NCBI GenBank assembly: GCA_051362555.1
Contig: CM120646.1
Coordinates: 23,560,001-23,624,000 of the forward strand
From: Lingula anatina
Taxonomy: Eukaryota > Animalia > Brachiopoda
Direction of reading: 5' to 3'
DNA length: 64,000 nucleotides
In this document: positions 28,001 through 40,600 of the stretch, in pieces
Numbering within the stretch: the stretch's first letter is position 1
How the letters are laid out: every line of letters begins with the position of its first letter
Notes under the pieces: generated by a model
Databases searched by the model: none
The model's input: only the letters and a program-made list of their open reading frames with translations
What the model was told of the DNA's origin: nothing
Program-made: the position numbers and the translations under genes

Positions 28001-30199
28001 ATTGTTCGAACATCGAGCGTTTTGCTGAAGTACAGACCTATTTAAAACCTTTAGTTTGTTTCAAAGAAACAGGACACATAAAAAACATTACACAAGACTT
28101 ACCTCCGTATGGAAATTTGACCATAATTGCAATTAACTATTTCAAAACCAAACCATTGTGACCTACCCTGTCTGCAAGATAATAGTCTCATCGACCGCTA
28201 ATAAATAAACCATATCTCGGATTTGTGGGAAGATTTATTCCTATTACAGGTAAAAATTGTGTTTTTGACTCACAAAAGAAACCGAGAGCGATGCAAACTT
28301 GAGCAGAAGAAGACTAGGTCAGAAAATAAATCACTTTCTTCTAAAATACACAAAGTCACTTAATTCGAGCGTTGGGGTTTTTGGACTGCAGTTTTTAGTG
28401 ACCAGATATTTTAACCACCAATATCTGTCTTAACAAATATTAATTTTATGTTTCTTTTTTCTGGTGTTTCTGTAACACAACACACAAATATTAAGAGAAG
28501 ATTTTCAAAAAGTGTTCTTTATATTTTATTTACATTATGAAAACGTTTTATCAAATTTACTTATGTCTTGGCCAAAATGTCGTACCTTTGACAATTGAAT
28601 AATATTCTGAAAACATTTAGTCAAAACACCTTTTCTAAAACATTGCAACGAGATTTGAAAGATATTTGACAACAATTTTAATAGAATTTTTATGCTAGAA
28701 ACATCAAGTGTCGTAATAAAATCTCCTTTCTGTAGACTTTTCAACTCGTGGTACTGTTGAGACGTAGGTGACGGGTCTATAAATCAGTAAAAATTAACAT
28801 TTTCGTGCTGCTCTTTCTCTAGTTCTCTGGTTCTCTAGCTTAAACTTATGTTAAACGATAATTCCTGCTTTAACACCTGATTAAAACTGAAACAAATTTC
28901 GCAAAAAAATTTCAAGTAATTCAATAGTGTTTTGAATAAATTGGTGGGTTGTGCTGCATTTGGTGTCATGTTTTCAATTAGGAGCAAAACGTTCGTGATT
29001 TTCTTGGACACAAGTGTCAATAATGCTACCATGCGTCTCTTACACACTTGAAGATTAAGAGCTTAAATGCAATGGTAAGCCATCCGTCTTAACTGTCATC
29101 TTCCTCATGATCAGAATGCTTGAATCTAAATGCTTGATACCATGGTTAACATAGCGAGATCATTCCAACAGGGACGATAATGACTAAAAAGATAAACCCA
29201 GAGACCAGATAAATTCACATTTGCTTCACATTTTCTGTAAAATTATTTTAAGAAACTATCAAAACAATTTTTGCTTTTTTTTTTTTTTTTTTTTTGCTTT
29301 AAACGAAATAAATGTGTACACTGGGCTAACAACTATAATGCATCTTTATGGTCGGTCATTTAAACCGCCAGCAATACATTTAAATTGGGATAAAGCATGG
29401 ATTTACGTGCACAGTTGGATCAGCCAATATGAGTACGAGGAATATGATTTTTATTTTGTCGAGCAAAATTCGATTTGGCGTGACAATCCTGGAAAAGACA
29501 TGTACACTTTAAACCTCTCCTGTTCATATTGTAACATCATATTTTCCCACCGACATCACATAATTAAGCCATTTTGTACTTCGATGTCTTTCGTTCTTTT
29601 TCACGTTTTCTATTTTAGCAACCTGTGAGACAGTTGACCTTTGCACATACTAAGTATGTTCTGTTTCTTTTTGTACCAACAATGTTAAAAATATCGGAAC
29701 TAACATTTTAATACATTCGTGAGAAGCGTTTTAAAAGATATTTCAATACTCGATGTTCATATGCCACCCATTCTAATTATAAATCCCATCTATACATGTA
29801 GATTTAATACAGATAAAATTCAACTTTTGGTTTTTATCAGGGTCTTTTTTACTGATAGAATATAAAATGACTTACCAGACAAGATGGCGTGCGATTGCGT
29901 GCCTCCAGATAAGAACAGTTTGGGTCACTCAACAGAAATCCATCCGGAACTTCAGAACAAGACAGGGCACAAGTGTTCGTGTTACCGCAGTAATATGCAG
30001 CTCGACAATCGCCGTGTTCTAGGCAACGCAATGTACAGTGTTTTTCAGAAACAGAATATGTCGTTTGAAAAATAAAATCTGCTGTAAATCTCGACTGCGG
30101 TTGAACCCGAAACCATAAACCTGAAGAATCCGATGAGCCAAACCATATAAGTAGAGCAAATTCTAACAAAAAAACCAACACATTTATCGCAGTTGCCAT
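22056..30199 (-). CDS. Secreted PAN/Apple-EGF-C-type lectin domain protein (~277 aa, 5 exons)
   Basis: Phase-consistent GT-AG exons: 30199-29876 (signal + PAN), 23502-23406 (EGF: CGCKNGGTCVQITEGSSQCTCPVLHGGLYCE), 23069-22890, 22641-22531 and 22177-22056 (CTLD: CPPQFEVMYKRSCYSF...CESMGARLV...WWTSLSDEASEGTW...QPDDYGIGEDCA...FNDVPCTRIFNFICE). Total 834 nt, no internal stop. Confidence 0.88.
24410..24820 (+). mobile_element. CR1/L2-type LINE ORF2 fragment (copy 1)
   Basis: FADTMSDFFTFKISDI...EMINIINKSKRKTTCSLDPIPT...LLKYRPISNL*FVSK are motifs preceding the RT domain. Confidence 0.75.
24915..27545. repeat. Third, intronic copy of the lectin-gene upstream region (similar to ~30645-32465 and ~2005-2730)
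   Basis: Shared blocks such as catgttaaattaaacaaacaagt.cttgtcaaaata.atggtgccacaattcagttttggcc at ~2380, ~25882 and ~31136. 26280-26485 and 27220-27545 match 31980-32465. Confidence 0.85.
27685..28065 (+). mobile_element. CR1/L2-type LINE ORF2 fragment (copy 2, duplicated together with its flank)
   Basis: Near-identical to 24410-24910, including the same 3' breakpoint and downstream flank. Confidence 0.75.
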
Positions 30200-31491
30200 C
30201 TTCAAATTCTTATCCGTCCTCTCTTTGAATATTTCAGTACCTTATACGTGAGCTATGTTCCCAGCATGCATTTAACATCTATCCTGGCCCCTGTTTCACA
30301 AAAAAATTAAGTCAGGTCTCCTGGCTAAGAACTTAATTACCAAGGTGACATGGTCACATGGACAAGTCTAACCCTATCAGGAGCAGTGTAACTGGGGCCT
30401 GCAGTCTGTAAGCTTGTTTAAAAAAGGTGCCATGACGTCATCAAATTGCTGACAATCATATATGTAGAGAAGAGGGTTCATTTATGTTTTTTCAAATATC
30501 ATTATCCAATGGGTGTTAATTTCCTCCACGCAGGAAATGTTCCGAGACGTAAACACTTTTGACTTGATGGACCCACAGATACAGGCACCATGCACTACAA
30601 AGGTGTGTGTTTGGGTTGATGCCATTGAATATTTCAAATCATTAGTGTTTTGGTTGGGTTCACATTACGTCCTCAGTAAACATTTCATCTGAAACGTTCG
30701 TTTTTTGTGACATTTATATCATTGCTATTTGAACCGCCGCTTTAATCTCTACTCTGCCATTGGCAAAAATAAAAAATTTATACGGCATTTAGTACAAATT
30801 AATTCATTTACTTCTATTGCAATTTAAACGTATCATTATTGTGTGCGCATTGCAGTTTCGATTGACTTCACTTTTGCCAGCTTCATCATTTCAAACAGAT
30901 GATTTTATGAAAATTGGATGTTTTTGTCAGGTATAGGGAAATGTTCTACACTATTACCAGTGCAAATCAGCATTATGTCAAATTAGAAACACACAACGCA
31001 CCATCTACAAATATATATCATTTACGGGAGATAAAAAAACAAACCTTCTCAACGCTTCTCATCTATAATTTAACCAATTTCACTTACTGTCATTCCTGGT
31101 ATTGCTGGTTCTGGCGAGAAAGCTTTTACTAAAACCATGTTAAATTAAACAAACAAGTGCTTGTCAAAATATATGGTGCCACAATTCAGTTTTGGCCTAT
31201 GCTGTGATGTGATCATTTGTAAACAAACACAAATCAAAATGAAGGTCTGTCATTCTAGTTGATCAAAAATGTATATCCTTTTGAGAAAATCGATATTTCA
31301 AATAAAATCATAGACGTACAGTAAGTGTAGACCAGAGAACTTCTTCACAACATTTCACCAACCCATGATCAATATTCATTCACCATTGGGCACGATACAA
31401 CTTCCAACGAGATGACATAAACATGTGATCAGTGCAGTGGCTCTACTAGTGGGCGTGTCCTCGGTAAGTACGTCATCTTTGTGGGCGTGTC

Positions 31492-31648
31492 CAGGGCCGT
31501 AGCCTCCGGGGGGGCAGGGGGCAGCTGCCCCCCCTGGGATTTAGAATTTTCCACACTGGTAGGGGGACATCCCCTCCCCACTCGGGGTCTTCGCCCCCTC
31601 GTGTCCGCTTACTGCCCCCCCTGGCATTTTGCTCAGGCTACGGCCCTG
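31492..31648. mobile_element. GC-rich MITE with hAT-like termini
   Basis: TIRs cagggccgtagc ... gctacggccctg, with internal gggggcagctgccccc. No clean TSD. It sits between two copies of a ~200-bp local duplication (31215-31425 and 31657-31862). Confidence 0.7.
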
Positions 31649-32589
31649 GTGCCCTCGTTTGTGAACAAATCAAATTGAAGGTCTGGCATTTTTGATGATC
31701 AAAATGTATATCCTTTTGAGAAAATCGATATTTCAAATAAAACCATAGACATACAGCAAGTGCAGAGCTGAAAACTTCTTTACAACATTTCACCAACCCA
31801 TGATCAATATTCATTTACCACTAAGCACGATACAACTTACAACGAGAAGACATAAATATGAGATTATGTTCTTATCAAAATTCAAAGGTAGATGTAATGT
31901 GTTAAAGGAAATAAAAGCTTAAGTAAAAAATAACAACAAAAATGGTAATGAGAAAACATGTCAAAGTTTTACATACATTTATTTAAAATATATATTTGCA
32001 AGATCAACAACGTTAGTGGAGCATGCTGTTCACAAGTTCCTAAATATGTGTTGGAGGATTTTAGTGCATTTTTTGGGTCGAGACCTCTGTCGATTCCTGC
32101 CGATTTGTTGGTGATGTGTCTCTTCTTTGTTCAAACCACGGATATTAGGCTCATTATGTGGAACAGAACATACATTTATAGCCATACAAACCAATAGTTG
32201 ACTTCATGCCCCTACATTACATTCATTTTGGAGCCTTTACTATAACAAGTGCTCAAATTTGATCCTGGTTATTGTTGGTTAAGGGGACTTTATGACCAAA
32301 GGTCAGTGCCCACAGGTAAAGTGGAAGACAATATAAATGTTTTCCCGTACACAAAGCCAAAATATCAGTTTAATTGAGAAACGCATATTTCTAGGGTATG
32401 ACAACCTCTTTGAGAATTATACTCGTCTCCTGTTTTCTTTTTTCTCTAATTTTTCGAGAAAGGCATAAATACCTTTATCATCGTGCCCGCCTCCCGAGCC
32501 ACCCCTAATTTCTCCCCCCACCCCTACCCCCCCACCCCCCAGCAAAACCCGTGCTGTCTCTGCCTACATTCACAACCTGTTGACTAACG

Positions 32590-32705
32590 GATCAAATATG
32601 GTCGATCCACTTGAAAGCTTTGCCGCGTGATCCTCCTAAGAGACACTGAATAAATTCCCCGCGGGGATTAAGCGGCAAGCTTTCAAGTGGGTCGACCACT
32701 TTGAT
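32590..32705. mobile_element. Short palindromic MITE-like element
   Basis: atcaaatatggtcgatccacttgaaagctttgccgc ... gcggcaagctttcaagtgggtcgaccactttgat. The arms resemble those of the element at 37747-37998. Confidence 0.6.
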
Positions 32706-33126
32706 TTCGCTTGGTTTGGTTGTGAACAGGGCCTCTGTCACCTCAACATTTTAATTTTTATTTGATAAACACAACTTAAAATAACAGTGATTAAAATGAA
32801 TGTAAGATCATCATTAAAATCATTACTAATGAAAGTCTCGTTGTATCCAGAAAAAATGCCATTGCATCTTGGAGCATCCAATTAGTGGATAAGCATCATC
32901 TTTTTGCTCAAACCAACTTTCCACAAGGTTATTATATGTCAACGGAAATCGTTGCACATGCGCAAGCCCATAAAATAGATATAGCAGTAGAAATAGACCA
33001 CGTGTCGCTTTATTGCAGGTGTATATATGTTGCTGCAGTCATTCACAAGGAGACACGCGACGTAGAAAGCGAGCGCGGAACATTAACAATCAGCAAGAGT
33101 CACCAACAGTATACTCGACTGAAAAG

Positions 33127-35613
33127 ATGCCACAGTAAGTACTGGATGCAACCTTGTTTTCGTCATTCACAAATGTTTCCGATTTTTTAAATTGTGAATG
33201 TAGTATTTTACGTTTTGCAATATTTTGTCTCTACAAGTAAGCATTTCGCAGAAAATCTGCAAACATCTACTTTTATTTTACAACATTAAGGCTTATGGGA
33301 ATATCCGCGTACATAATTACATTTTTTCAATGTTTAGCTTCAGAAGCGTATGCCTCGTGTTGGTAGTTTTGAGCGCCCCTGCTGTGGATGCCAACCACTT
33401 TGATTGGCTTCACCGACATAACACTAACCAATGTAGCATTGATGGCCCAGAGCTGGGGGTATACGATCACACGTTTATCTTCGTCATGGATGGGATATTT
33501 AATGGCATTTACCAGGATTTTGAACAGTTTTCACACCACCAAAAATGTGCTGGAAGAGTGGAGTAAGTACTTGCTATAGCCGGGTAGTGAGAGGGAAAAT
33601 TCGTATTTTTTGGTGTGTTAATTAAGTCTTGTATGTGCCTATGTGGCCTGTGGTTATATTAAAGAAGAATGCCATATCCTTATTTTAAAAGATCTTAAAT
33701 GGCCCTTCCCCCTAAAAAGAGAAAAAAAAATTAACTGAAATTAATTGAAATAATTTAAATGCTCATGAATAATTTTTAATGAAAGGTTGCAAAGTATGCA
33801 TCGTATGCAGTAATAGTATATTTCACTTTAGCAGAGCCCTGCATTAGAAAATAATGTATGCTGCAAATATGATCACAAAACTTTCTTTCAACAATTGTTG
33901 ATTGACATCCACCATATTGGAATTGTGTGGTAGTTTCCACATACAGCATTCAACCAAAATATAATTAATTTTGACTCAATGATAAAAACACCTTACAGTG
34001 AATAATTCTTATCAGGGTGAAATTTACTCTGAATGAAACCTGCATGTTCATTTTTAGAAAAACTTAAACATGCCCGCTTTTTTCCCTTCTGTCAACCGGC
34101 ATAGGATTGAAAATCAATCTGTTTTCTAGGAAATACTGCTTGAAGTGGATGAGTGTTTTTCTGTATTTTTGCGTTGTTTTGTCATCATTTATTCCATTGC
34201 TGCCAGCACATCAATTTTATTTTTTCATAGTATTTTCAGGTTTTAGACCGAAATTTATCAAATGGAGCTTAATTTACGGCTTATTTTTTAATGTTAAACC
34301 AATATCTTTTCAGAACCGCTTATAAATTTCAAATGACTTGTGTGGAATTCAGTTTAGGTAAAGTGCCACTTTGGTCTTAGATATCAATATTGGTTGGTGT
34401 TCGAAAAAACACGAACAACGTTGACAAAATATTTGACAATAAATGCTCATGCAGCAGCTGTGGTGTCCGACAAAGAATACGTACAATGTTGACAAATGTA
34501 GATGTCATTTTTACAGCAACCAGAGTATCATAGAAGAAGGCAAGAAAGCTCTCCAATACTTTACAGAGTATGGGTTTGATATGTCCACTATTACTGACCT
34601 TGACCTTCTGGACGGGCGAGTGACCTTGGAGGGCAGCAACCTACTGTTCCACCCCTTTTGTCTGCACACGGAAACCAAGTTCAGGATAATGATGGGTAGA
34701 AAATACAACATAGCATTTTATACATAGCATATATATAACTTATTTAATTGTAGCAGTTCTATACTGTCAAAGTTCACCACAGGGTTAAGGTATGCCTGTC
34801 ACATGTCTTCATTTCACTGCAATTATCTGTTACAATTTGTCACTCAGAAAACTAATTGCCCCCTTGCTTCTTTTAGTATTATGCTTAGTTTATTCCAGCA
34901 GATCTGTAGATTAAAGATTCGACACACCTTGCGGGTGCACTAACATGTCTTTGTTTCATACCAAGTTTTGGTGGTTTATTCTAATTGTTACTCAGAAACT
35001 GACGGCCACAAAAGCCGGTTTTATAAACGTGCGGCTCTCTACGATTACGGCTGGGCTCTAGAGATTATGAAAGAAACCTCCATCAACAGTTCTAGGTACA
35101 CCGGCACTGTGGGAGCAGGAGGACACATTTTGTATGGAGAATACCAGTCACTGGTAAGACGTACATGTGATATATACAGAATTCAAAACTGTTACAGGAC
35201 AGTGGCGCTGTTCAAAATTAGAATTCACAAAGTTGTGGCGCTGTCACAATCTATATGTTTATGTCTTTTATTGCTGGAGGGCCCATACATTTATGTTTTA
35301 ATATCATTATTATTTAGTGTTTTTGTATTAATTCTTATGACATTCTTGTCGAAAAAGAAGAAGCTGCCTCATATACTAGTACATGGATTTATATATTCAG
35401 ACTGGACTGGAATATGGGACCAAGGACATGGTTCTGATTCACTACGAGACACAAGATCCCAATTCCTATGCAGGCGGCCATTTTTACGTGTCAGGCCTGC
35501 GAGTCTACAGCGACATCTATGGAGAAGGACAGAGTTACGGGCTGTACGACTTTGATCAGGAAACCAGTAAGATAAACGGGAGAGAGATGCTTACTTTCCC
35601 CCGTCGTCGGTAA
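33127..35613 (+). CDS. Uncharacterised secreted protein (~260 aa, 5 exons)
   Basis: Exons 33127-33134 (ATGCCACA|gtaagt), 33338-33562, 34517-34695, 34996-35153 and 35401-35613 join in phase (783 nt). N-terminus MPHFRSVCLVLVVLSAPAVDA is a signal peptide. TATATA lies at ~33022 and AATAAA at ~35688. Confidence 0.85.
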
Positions 35614-36371
35614 ATGAACATTAAGACCTCATTGATCAGATCACTTGGTACTCGACAATATATCAACCAAAATTGAATTTTATTAAAAATAAAAGTTACA
35701 TGTATTCAGTTCCCACGTTACAACCAGTAACATGATTTACAAAATGTAACACAGTTATATGTACCCAGTTACAACTACGACCTCAATGGCAAATAAAGTT
35801 TCAAGCGCGAAGCATGTGTGTTCGTTTGTAAACTTGTTCATCAGAGCAAGACCAATACTGACAAAAATTACAGTTTTCCACGTAGAAGATCAACAGTATA
35901 TATCCTTGAGTAAGTCCGGGCAGTCACTTTCTCAAATCATCCATGTTATCTAAAACCGATGATCCCGATCTTTACTCACAGCCAAAGTAAACACACCTTG
36001 GGTGGGGTGAACATATCACACTTACTTGTGAAAAATTAAAAAGGCGATGGAATCAACAAAAACTAGCATTAGTAACACATAGGCCCTATGGCTCGTAGCT
36101 ATGACGCACTCAAGTCCTCAAGTCCTTTCCATATCGTGAGGTACACTTTTCTGTTACGTGCCATTTTAGTGATTGACATCTTAATAGCCTGGTTATGACG
36201 TAGAAATGTCACCTTATCGGAGCCCCCACCCCCGGGACGGCCGCATAAATTGATTCAATTACTGGGAGGGAGTCCCTCCTGCAACGTAATTTAAGGTTAT
36301 TACCAGTCCAAATAGTTAAGTGTTCATCTCGAGAAATGGAAGTTATATAACATTGTTCCACAATCCACACA

Positions 36372-37604
36372 TTAGCTGCGGTGAAAGGTCAACTTCGCGG
36401 TTACAATCAGAATTCCAACAAGTGACAAAATACGGATGCACGTTGCAGGCGACCAGCTACCGGATGTCACATCTGAGTCTGCGTGTAAGATATCCCCATA
36501 CTTCTCCAACAGCGTCATCGCCACTCCATTCGTCCAACCAAATCCTATCTGCAAGAATGATAGAAACATTTGATGCAACCATTGCCAAATATAGCCTATG
36601 TTTCAGATCTCATGCGCGCCATCTTGTTTATTGACCACCCAAATGTCCATAATAAGAGATCGTGTCAAGATTGGTAAGGTCTATTTATACAGACTCTGTA
36701 CACTTCCGTAAATTGTGAAGTCGGTCAATCTTGTTTATTGAGGATACAAGGCTATGAAGCAAAACCATAACATTTAATTTTATCGGACTTGACAGTCCGC
36801 GAAGTTTGATTTAAATTTAACTCGCCAATCAAACTGACCGCAGGGAAGAGGTCAGTTAGATGGATCTTATAGCTGCCTCTGTACGCCCTACGCAGGGGGG
36901 GGGGGGGATTTGGACGAAGAAGTGAGCACTTGTTGATGTTGTAGAAGTGAATCATATGTCAGATGTCAAATCTATATAAGCATGCATCCGTACAAACAAG
37001 AACAAACAAAAAACTTTGTCGGGTTGATATGTTTAAGGTTATTGCACGTTTGCATTGGGCTGCATTATGCTATATCTGTGACGTCATGTGAACACCACCT
37101 ACTTGTACGTCATACTCGCCCCCTCTGCCTGGCAGTCCTTCTATACGGGCGTCATACTGGAAGGAAATAGGCCTTGTTATCTTTAATTTTTTTATAGAGC
37201 TGGGCACACTTACAATCTTAAATAGTTTTTATTTTATGTACTCTTGATGAATGGTTTACCGCAACTTTATTTTAAATTAGAATTAATAAACAAAACCTCA
37301 ATAAATTATGAATTCTTCTACCTTAATGGACTTAATGTACTACAGACAACTTAACAACTTTTTATCTAACAGATGGTTTTATTACGACAACAAGTATATG
37401 TGCCGTTTCTAATTCAACATAGTCCACGATGCCCTACCAACCTTTTCGTACATGTGCCCCTGTGCTGGTCCTGGTTGACTCCACGTCCGCCAATTGGTAA
37501 GTATCCATCTGAAGTGGAAACGTGATATTTGTTAGGCTTTTAGCATCAAATTGGTTAGGCTTGGCGTATGAATCAACTGAGCCAAATGCAGTTTGACAGT
37601 TACT

Positions 37605-37660
<56 letters not shown>

Positions 37661-40600
37661 AGAGAACGAGAGAGATTTTATTTTCCTTAAGTGTCTGCCG
37701 ATAATCTTATCAAATAAGTAACTTAGAGGCCCCATTCAAAACAGGTGATCCGAGTACTAACTGACCCTCCGACAAAATATGGCTGACCACACATCGGAAG
37801 AGATGCCGCTGATTCTTGGTGGTCTCTCCACCTCTACACGCGCCGTCTCTGCAGGGACCTAGCAATTAAACCTCGGAGCCGGGATTTAATCCGTTTAATG
37901 GCGTGTGTAGAAGCGGGGAGACCATCGGGAATCAGCGGCATCTCTTTTGAAGAGTGGTCGACCATATTTAGTCGGCGGATCAGTTAGTACTCGGATCATC
38001 TGTTCTGAATGAACCAGAGAGGGTGGTAGGGAAACCTCTGACTGATATTCCTGGCTATATCCTTAGCCTCCTGCAGACTGCTAGAGGACAGGGCCTGGAT
38101 GGTGACATCTTGTAATGGCGGCCAGGCGTTGGGATAGTCCCACTGTTGTGTGGAGTTGATCAGAGAGGTCGGTACTCCCCCCGGCATGTCCAACACGTGC
38201 TTGTTCTGGAATATGAAAATATATCTCTTAATAAAGATAACGAGTATGTCTACTTTTTAGGAATATGTTAACAGTCTGTGTTTGCAAATAATGATATTAA
38301 GAGCTTTGTGTTGCTCAATGGCAGACACCTACTATAACACACCTTTTAGAAAAAAAAGCCACTGTGATATATTGCCGTTCCCTCCCTCCAAGCCGTCCCT
38401 GTGACTTATATTTATAGACATCTTAATCGATTAGTGTGTTTTAAGAGTATCATTGCTACTGCACTTCAACATGTTTAAGCTGATTGGGAATCACAGCAGG
38501 ACTCAGGAATACCTTTAAGTACTGCAGTACTTTTCTCTCCATCGTCACCTTGTCTGTACCATCATCGTTACCATAACAACCAAAATACATCGGGAACACA
38601 TTAGAGGTGTAGAAAGTTGTTCGCAGAGCACCGGCACGTCTATCATAGTCAAACCACGCCCCCTGTGTATCGTCCCAGAACAGCGTGTTCATGGCGTGTC
38701 TTCTGGTCATCGCTTTGTGTAAAAAGTCTGCTTGCTTGGATGCGTTTCCTAAGTAAAGTTGTCCACTTATTAGTGGAGTTTTGGTTCATTGGTAACTAAA
38801 TCAAAACCACTTTGAAACCACGGTTTCGTACATAGAAACGGCGTGTGTATATCCTGCCCGTAGTGAACAGCATATTATAATAAAAAAAAGATTACACAGC
38901 AGTGAGTGGGGGGGGGGGGATTTTTTTAAGCAGAAGGGGTGAGATTCCTACACGCTTCTACACACCTACATGTAGTTAAATGATAAGAATGAGTTTACAC
39001 AACGTAGCTTCAACCGATCATTTCTCCAAAATAAATTTACTTTCGAAATTCATGTTTTTTTAAATAATGACACTAAAAAAATGAATACGGGCAAGTAATG
39101 GTCACATCTTTATATGTGTATTCATAGAGTGGGAAGAGTGAATAGTTTAGTGTAACAGGTTGGGAACCTTACCTAACAACCCATAAAACTCTGCTAAAAT
39201 CCGTTCGTTATAACAGAGAATGGCGTTGAGGTCTACAGGAATAACATCCTTGGTTTGAAGGTCACTAAGACTCATCGAACCCGACCTCATCCAGCGTGAA
39301 GAGAAGTCCCAGCCAGACTCAGCTGCTGACGCTATATGAGAGTAGAGTTCTGCCTTGGAACCTGAATGACGTAGAGATACAACACTGGAATTGCGTGTAT
39401 ATATAATAACATAGGCTGTGTTCAGAATAAAATTTGTAGATCTAGAAGGATCGATCTATCTCAGCAGGGATTCTTGCTAAGGCGTAGTCCTTGCAATCAA
39501 GCTTTATTGTCTGGCACACCCCTCGCAAAGCAACATATGTTACAACATCATGGACCACACAGTTTTCCCGACGTTACCCAAGTACGCATGACATAATGAT
39601 AAAACACGCTGGAAGCGCGTGTACAGTTTTATACATTTGAGGACGGACACGTTTTGCAGATGTCTCAGGCCTGTAAGCAGGGGTTTCGTGAGGGGGCACT
39701 CTTTCGGTCGAAAAATGCATCACAATTCATCTATGTTGGGTGAACAAAAGGGGTAAAATGAAACATTTTTCAGCTAAAAAACTGAAATCCAACGTACCTG
39801 CATCAGTCTTGGTTCTTGCAGTTTCCATATCTTCTCGATACGACTCGGGCCTGATAGTGAAACAAAGTACATGTATAAGCAAGTACAAACGTTGGATTCT
39901 GGAGATTTTTAAAACATATTAATGGCCCATGTATATTTTTACCCCCTCCCCCCCCCAAAAAAAAAATAATAATAATAATAATAAATAAAAAAATAAAATA
40001 AATAAATAAATAGGGAGAGGGGTACACTTTTATATTATGATATCAAAGATTCAGCGCTGTAGTTTATATCAGAGAAATTGTTTTTTAAAATGTTTCAAGA
40101 GAAACCACTAATTACCTAGGTTTCCCTATTTCCACAGCGTAGCGCGCTACACGGTGGGTCTGGTTGTTTCTAGCGACATTTGTCGTACGGTTATTTATCC
40201 AGAAATAATACTCTTTTTCGAGACTGTCCACTGTTTCGCCAATGAAAGCCAGGTCTTTCGTTTTGTCATAGTAGAGCTTCATCATGGGAATGAGGAAAGG
40301 AGGCTGACTTCTTCTGGTATAGTACACACGTCCGCCATTGGGGACTAGACCGTACCTGAGAAACAGAGGCTCCGTACATGTTATGATATACGTTGTAATC
40401 AAATCCAACACTAACTCAACAGTGCTTATGACAAGAATGAAATTAACTACAGGTGGAATTCTGCTTAAAAATATACGTTAAGAAAGAAAATTGTACTGTA
40501 TTTTTATATTGATAGGTAATCTTCTTGCTTCAGAGAAATACGGTTGCAATTCCTAACACAATAAATTGCAGCTGCGTGAGCTGAAATGATTCGACTTCAT

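Noticed and set aside
34314-34357. Candidate extra exon in the secreted-protein gene (cag|...|gtaaag)
   Set aside because: Inclusion (44 nt) breaks the phase; exon 2 joins 34517 directly in frame.
37996-38036. Apparent truncation of trehalase by the MITE (ORF 37996-38196 runs into it)
   Set aside because: A donor at 38036 and three further in-phase exons complete the gene.
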